In this document: one piece after another, positions 58,985 to 64,000 of the stretch
How the letters are laid out: every line of letters begins with the position of its first letter
Numbering within the stretch: position 1 is the stretch's first letter
IMG/VR virus record: IMGVR_UViG_3300029827_000121
Location: 9,744-73,743 of that record
Strand: one strand, 5' to 3'
From: a virus
Length of the DNA: 64,000 nucleotides
Made by a program: the position numbers and the translations under genes
Notes under the pieces: model-generated
What the model was told of the DNA's origin: nothing
The model's input: only the letters and a program-made list of their open reading frames with translations
The model's database searches: none

Positions 58985-59225
58985 GAAGATAGGGTTCCAA
59001 ACCTACTATGCCTAACACACAAACGCAGCTTCGCTCCCGATGGTCGCTGCGGCCTTCGGCAAATGGTTCGGCCTTGCTCTCGCCTGCTCCAAGGGCGATT
59101 CCGCTATTCAAGCTTCGCTTGACTTGCAGAATCGCTCCTTTCCGCGACGGCGACAGCGGCGTCCAAACCACTTCTGCGGTTTGTGGGGCCGTTGATGTCA
59201 ATAAATTTTGCTCTTTGAATTATAT

Positions 59226-59343
59226 GTCGGCTTAACATAATGGTAATGTTTGTGAGTAGTCGTCATGGAGGATATACACGAAGTGGTAAGTATCTCACGA
59301 CCGGAGACCGCCGGTAAGCCCCGTTCGAATCGGGGAGCCGACT
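59226..59343 (+). ncRNA. tRNA-like RNA with 37-nt insert in the anticodon arm
   Basis: Acceptor GTCGGCT/AGCCGAC, D-arm ACAT-AATGGTA-ATGT, variable arm ACCGG/CCGGT, T-arm CCCCG-TTCGAAT-CGGGG. Confidence 0.75.
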
Positions 59344-59395
59344 TAAATTAAGGTGGCAAAATTTACATGCTTATAACAAATGCAGTATGCAATGT

Positions 59396-59480
59396 GGGGC
59401 GTTATTCCGTAAGTGGTCGCGGAGTGGACTGTAAATCCACCGCCTTCTGGCTCGGTGTGGTTCGACTCCCACACGCCCCA
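59396..59480 (+). tRNA. tRNA-Tyr(GTA), slightly atypical D and T arms
   Basis: GGGGCGT/ACGCCCC acceptor, GTGGA-CTGTAAA-TCCAC anticodon arm, variable arm, TTCGACT. Confidence 0.85.
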
Positions 59481-59523
59481 CACAGCATACATGCATCGGA
59501 CGTTAATAAAAACAAAAAAAATA

Positions 59524-60201
59524 TTAATACAAAGATAAAGAAGCGGTTTTTATCTTCCAATCTCGCGGATTATTCCATTTTGGTATGATGCATGCAACCT
59601 GTTTTCTGCTACTTCCCGATTGCGGTACCGGCCATCCCGGATATTCCCAATCCAAAACATGCCCGTATTTTTCCGGAATTTGAATTTTAATCCCTTTAAA
59701 TTTAATCCACATTAATTTTTCAACATAATTTGATGGTATTCCTAAGGCAATTCCTTCATCAGTATCTTCATATCCCCATCGCGATTCATCAAATTTATTC
59801 GGACGTACCCATTTTCTTCCTTTAGACCACCAATAATAATCCTGCCAATTAAATCCCCACCAATGACAAAATTTCGATCGATTAATTTCTTTTCTCAATG
59901 AAAACCATAAATACATATCCTTATCAGAACGCTTCACCTTTTTTTCTCGGGCGAAAAACAATCTATGATCATCCAGATAATTGATATACTCTTCCTGTTG
60001 CCTTTTCGAGATATTATCGGATTGCACGCAAATATCGACATCATCATCATTTGGAATAAAATCATTTTCTCTTATGATTCCCAATAACAAACCGAAATTG
60101 ATGAACAGCTTGTCTTTGATACCCACTTTCTCCGCGCATTCATAACAAGTCGCGATATCTTCAATAGCCCATCTTTTTCGATCGTAATTGAAGTAACTCA
60201 T
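59524..60201 (-). CDS. LicD-family nucleotidyltransferase-fold phosphotransferase
   Basis: FGLLLGIIRENDFIPNDDDVDI motif; IQIPE...L...Y..W..P. Confidence 0.85.
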   Translation of the reverse strand: MSYFNYDRKRWAIEDIATCYECAEKVGIKDKLFINFGLLLGIIRENDFIPNDDDVDICVQSDNISKRQQEEYINYLDDHRLFFAREKKVKRSDKDMYLWFSLRKEINRSKFCHWWGFNWQDYYWWSKGRKWVRPNKFDESRWGYEDTDEGIALGIPSNYVEKLMWIKFKGIKIQIPEKYGHVLDWEYPGWPVPQSGSSRKQVACIIPKWNNPRDWKIKTASLSLY

Positions 60202-60724
60202 GGAAATACATTTCCTTTTTTATGTTCAATAACTTCTTCGTTGCCAGATAAACTATTCATCTTGTTTATCAACTCTTTCCGTAGCAATACTAGCGACTAA
60301 GGCTATTTTTTCTACTCTTCTTTTTATCCATTTTTCGTCATGATTAAAATAAGCTTGGTCAAAATCATTCTTTAGTAATTCATAAAATATCCCTCTTGTA
60401 GTCATTTCATGATAACGGCGTTCACCCCTAGTAAATTCTTTTGTACCCCAATGTGTTCTCACAAATTCTCCCTATGATAAAGTTCATTTGAATAAGGATA
60501 GGTACACAACTCAAAGTTGCATTCCTGAGCTGTAATTCTATATACCTTTTTTCTTTCACGAATATTATAAAGAAAACCTTTATGCTCTTCCAATCTCTTG
60601 ATTATTTTATCGGCTGTTTCACAGCAACATGTATCATTATAATGCTCACACTTACGGCAGTCTTTGCCATAACCGAATCTTTCAACCCAATATAAGGCAG
60701 CGCCTTTATTGGTTTCACATAAAT

Positions 60725-61519
60725 TCATTGTTCCAATTCCCTGCAAGATTTTACTTTTTTTATCCATGGACTCATGCTCTGTCCTTTATAATATTCTCTG
60801 AATCTCCACGTCGGTGAATACCAGATATCGAGCAAAGTTCCTATTGCATAAGGAAGCCGCATAGTCAATCCGCCGGAACTGTTGAAAACCGGAAATTTCC
60901 ACGTACCCTGATCCGTAAGTAATTGTTCACGTCCGGGTTTCCCGCGATTTTTTTCCATTTTTATTACTTCAAGTGAAGGTCTCAAACACCATTTTTTTAC
61001 GCCTTTGAACACATATTCGGAAGGTATTTTGTTCCCCTCTTTTTTCGTATCATAAGTATGGTAATATTTATCTCCTATCGGAACCCAAAAATAGACATCC
61101 ACGGTAGGCGTTCCTTTCAATGTTTCTTCCCGTGGAGTAAAATGAATGTTAAACGATTTTTTATTAATATCATTTATGCATTTTTTTTCGGCTTTATATC
61201 CATGTCCTTCCAACGCATATATCAATTTATTCTCATCGCATTCCCCATACATTACCCCGATATCGATATCATAATCCAGTGAAAATGTTTTATCCGCTAT
61301 GAATTCAAGGACACCGCCGAAACAATGACACCACCATATGGATTTACCATCGCTTGTCTCAAGAAAATCAAACAACGTGGTCAAATCATCAAGTATCTTT
61401 TTCGCCGATTCAATTTGATTGTTCATATGCATTTTCTTTCCAAATTTATTTTTATAAAAATTCTTCACATACTCCATCTTTAATCTGATTACGGATATTA
61501 GTTCCCGTATATACTTCAT
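60725..61519 (-). CDS. Second LicD-like protein
   Basis: FGGVLEF..DYDIDIG, VDVYFW, LP....LLDIWY. Confidence 0.75.
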   Translation of the reverse strand: MKYIRELISVIRLKMEYVKNFYKNKFGKKMHMNNQIESAKKILDDLTTLFDFLETSDGKSIWWCHCFGGVLEFIADKTFSLDYDIDIGVMYGECDENKLIYALEGHGYKAEKKCINDINKKSFNIHFTPREETLKGTPTVDVYFWVPIGDKYYHTYDTKKEGNKIPSEYVFKGVKKWCLRPSLEVIKMEKNRGKPGREQLLTDQGTWKFPVFNSSGGLTMRLPYAIGTLLDIWYSPTWRFREYYKGQSMSPWIKKVKSCRELEQ

Positions 61520-61892
61520 CCATGGTTCGTTTGAAATATCTGTTTTTTATTCTTATTTTATTCATATGGTCAAGCACTTCAAAATTGCCGGAAAGATACG
61601 TTACATCATCATTTTCACAGTTAATACTTTTAATTAATGTTTTATATTCTTTAGAAGTAATTTTTCCAAAATGTATTTCATTTACTATAAGAGTTACTTT
61701 AAAAAAAAGATTATCCATATGTTCGAAAATTCTTTTAAATATTTTCAAAATTATTTCAACTTCAATAAATCGATTTGAATAATTCAATATTGGTACAAAT
61801 ACATGATCGTATTTTTTCGCTATTTCAATTATAGTAAGAATATGTCCTATATGTAAAGGATCAAATCTGCCGCTGAATATCGCAACTTTCAT
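61452..61892 (-). CDS. Cytidylyltransferase (HIGH superfamily)
   Basis: FSGRFDPLHIGH and YTGTNIR. Confidence 0.85.
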   Translation of the reverse strand: MKVAIFSGRFDPLHIGHILTIIEIAKKYDHVFVPILNYSNRFIEVEIILKIFKRIFEHMDNLFFKVTLIVNEIHFGKITSKEYKTLIKSINCENDDVTYLSGNFEVLDHMNKIRIKNRYFKRTMDEVYTGTNIRNQIKDGVCEEFL

Positions 61893-62799
61893 ATATTAAT
61901 CTCCTTAAATAATCCGCCGCTACCGGTATGGAAAGAGTTTCTTTATAATCATCATGCAAATTATTTTGATAATACTTCACGCATCTTTTAACGATTTTCC
62001 AAAAATGTTTTTTTGATATATAATCAACCGGATATTTTTCACGCCAATACTGACATCCATGCAAAGCAACTACATGTACTCCGCAAGCCAGAGCTTCCGG
62101 AATTACTCTCGGACACGAATCCTCTCCGGTATAAGGAGCAATAATCGTTTTACATCTTGATATCGCTCTCGGCATTTTATCATGATCAATCATTTTTACC
62201 GAAAAATTTTCCGGCGCTTTACATGCATGTCCCATCTGAAGTATATTCAAATCCTTCGGAGCGGTTTTATGCACCCAAGCCACGTTTTTTCTTTTATCCT
62301 TCGGCCATATGGCTGAAAATCCGACATCATATTTTTTTTTAAAATATCGAGGATAAAATTGCGGCGCGGCGGGTTTAATAAATAGTTGTCCGTTCAATCC
62401 ATGCTTACGACATTTCTTTACCTGTTCTTCACTATCGCACATAATCAAATCATATTTTATTCCATCTTTTGGAATACAGCCATGATTGGCACCATAATAA
62501 ACTTTTTTCGCTTCAGGATATTTTTTCAACAACGGAACATAGTCTTTAAATCCACCACGAGCTATGATGATATCAGGTTTCTCTCCTTCATATTCCTTGA
62601 ATTTTAAAATCCACTTTTCACGTAATTTATCAGAATATTTAACGGTTCTATGTCCATTACCATATAAGATAACTCCTGAATTATTTTCATTAATCATATC
62701 CGCGAACAAATGCGTCCACATATCAGTACATTCATAAAGATTTCGCCATAAACATTCCGAATGCCGTTCCATCCGTCCACGAAGAAAAAGCCAATTCAT
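61861..62799 (-). CDS. GT-B glycosyltransferase
   Basis: KRKN and EDSCPRVIPEALACGVHVV motifs. Confidence 0.8.
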   Translation of the reverse strand: MNWLFLRGRMERHSECLWRNLYECTDMWTHLFADMINENNSGVILYGNGHRTVKYSDKLREKWILKFKEYEGEKPDIIIARGGFKDYVPLLKKYPEAKKVYYGANHGCIPKDGIKYDLIMCDSEEQVKKCRKHGLNGQLFIKPAAPQFYPRYFKKKYDVGFSAIWPKDKRKNVAWVHKTAPKDLNILQMGHACKAPENFSVKMIDHDKMPRAISRCKTIIAPYTGEDSCPRVIPEALACGVHVVALHGCQYWREKYPVDYISKKHFWKIVKRCVKYYQNNLHDDYKETLSIPVAADYLRRLIYESCDIQRQI

Positions 62800-62922
62800 T
62801 TTTTATTCTTCCGATTAATTGGTTGTCTATTTGTACCACGATTCCCGACACCACCGCCTGAACCATCTTTTCTTCGCTGTCCTCCACAAACACCACGGCC
62901 ACCTTTTCCCGAATAATTATTC

Positions 62923-63552
62923 TTATTGTTCATCATTCCTTCCTTTCATTTCCTGTCGAAACCATAACTTTTTAGCTGGTGTATTCCAAAGTTTTCTCTT
63001 TCTCAATTCCGGAGTATAAAAACAATAATGAAGTATCTTACTTTTCGCCATTTTATAGTGAAACTTTCCATAGTTACTTAGGCTAGCCCTTTTTTTGTAT
63101 GGAATATATGTCAATCCCGACTTCCATTTATATGCCTTGATGTGGGGTTCTGAAGGATAAGGCTTTTTATGCTTCCACCCGTCTATCGTCGGTGCCGGAT
63201 ACTGGTAATTAAATGCAAGCTGTTGTTTATCACTTTTTATAAATCTCTTTAAATCATCATCTATTCCAAGACCGAAAACTTCATCCTCATCGGGAAATAA
63301 AACAAGTTCCGGTTTGACATCATCAAGCATTCTCAACAGTTCTTCACGCCATATAAAAGCATTCCAGACAGTAGAACTTACCAACATTTCGCCGAATTTA
63401 TTTCCACATATATACGGAGCGACTTCACGTATTTTTTCATTACCGGTTATCCCATCAAATCGCAGATATACTTTATCCACGAGATTGCATAACGATAATA
63501 AACATCCCTCATAATACGGAAATCTGCACAATGCCATTAAACCGACAATCAT
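62923..63552 (-). CDS. GT-A (family 2-like) glycosyltransferase
   Basis: LVDKVY..FDG, REELL, LFPDEDE, ILHY. Confidence 0.7.
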   Translation of the reverse strand: MIVGLMALCRFPYYEGCLLSLCNLVDKVYLRFDGITGNEKIREVAPYICGNKFGEMLVSSTVWNAFIWREELLRMLDDVKPELVLFPDEDEVFGLGIDDDLKRFIKSDKQQLAFNYQYPAPTIDGWKHKKPYPSEPHIKAYKWKSGLTYIPYKKRASLSNYGKFHYKMAKSKILHYCFYTPELRKRKLWNTPAKKLWFRQEMKGRNDEQ

Positions 63553-64000
63553 CTTACATCCACCAAATACCAGCGTTTATTAACCGTACACCATACAATA
63601 TTACCTATTGAAAAATGATCGAAATCATAATTAATATCTTTGACAACATTTTCAAGCCGATTCCGAAATTCAATAAATCCTACTTTTGAATGCACCGGAT
63701 GATTGTCGGCACTCCAATCATACGGTTTCCCTTTGGCGAAATTCAACCAAGCTTTTTCGGGAAAATGTATATGTTGCATATAGATGGCATGAGAAGCCGA
63801 AAGACACACTCTTTTATCGAATTTGATATCGGTTTCTATTATGTCATAACAATAAATTTTCGGACAAAATTCTTTTAAATCAACCATCATATTCACCGTT
63901 GATTTGACATCCTTGATTGTTTTCGTCGGTTTATTGAATTTCAATGAATAAAAAACCTTCAATCCGAAATCCATATGTTTTATATAATAAGACCAATTGC
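63549..64000 (-). CDS. Kinase-fold protein (5'-partial; frame open to the window edge)
   Basis: LKVF, CPKIY, IYMQHI, D....GNI, WYLVD resemble protein-kinase-like subdomains. Confidence 0.5.
   Translation of the reverse strand, partial: NWSYYIKHMDFGLKVFYSLKFNKPTKTIKDVKSTVNMMVDLKEFCPKIYCYDIIETDIKFDKRVCLSASHAIYMQHIHFPEKAWLNFAKGKPYDWSADNHPVHSKVGFIEFRNRLENVVKDINYDFDHFSIGNIVWCTVNKRWYLVDVR

Larger units (their letters stand above)
58245..59197 (+). mobile_element. Integron-type gene cassette 2 with long attC (59010-59197)
   Basis: Starts GTTAGGC; the attC begins GCCTAAC, has CACAAACGCAG/CTGCGGTTTGTG arms (one unpaired base) and ends GTTGATG. Confidence 0.75.

Noticed and set aside
58830-59588. ORFs 58830-59201, 59008-59235 and 59367-59588
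   Set aside because: They overlap attC2 and the tRNA genes and are better explained by those structures
1-64000. Absence of a recognisable endolysin, helicase or DNA polymerase as a finding
   Set aside because: They may lie outside the window or be too divergent to see by eye; host-dependent replication is ordinary for temperate phages

Overview
The window looks like almost the whole genome of a temperate, podovirus-like tailed phage in its excised or virion form. An intact attP (3' half of tRNA-Ser(GCT) plus arm-type repeats) lies next to int/xis, and both window ends run off inside one minus-strand sugar-modification operon, which suggests near-circular closure. The minus strand carries the late genes: terS, terL, portal, scaffold, capsid, tail and ejection proteins, and about 10 glycosyl-, nucleotidyl- and methyl-transferases. 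The plus strand carries the early genes: ArdC-like, DUF932, replication initiator, Sak4-like ATPase, SSB, xis and int. The standout feature is a stand-alone Cas7/RAMP-fold gene (29513-30145). It is flanked by, and associated with, about 4.2 kb of plus-strand non-coding arrays at four loci (15.4-16.6, 25.6-26.0, 27.9-29.5 and 30.1-31.2 kb). The arrays follow a strict grammar: (NNNGY) x4-7 punctuated by an AHAGGY hexamer, roughly 115-120 units by manual parse. There is no cas1/cas2/cas6 and no classical CRISPR array. This is a candidate RNA-guided system with a non-contiguous guide code. Other oddities are two integron-type attC gene cassettes without an integron integrase, a tRNA-like RNA with a 37-nt anticodon insert, a PKD domain split over two genes, a TerL with a duplicated degenerate nuclease domain, and a palindrome cluster plus a 19-bp inverted repeat around terS. 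All calls come from reading the sequence by eye; no searches were run.
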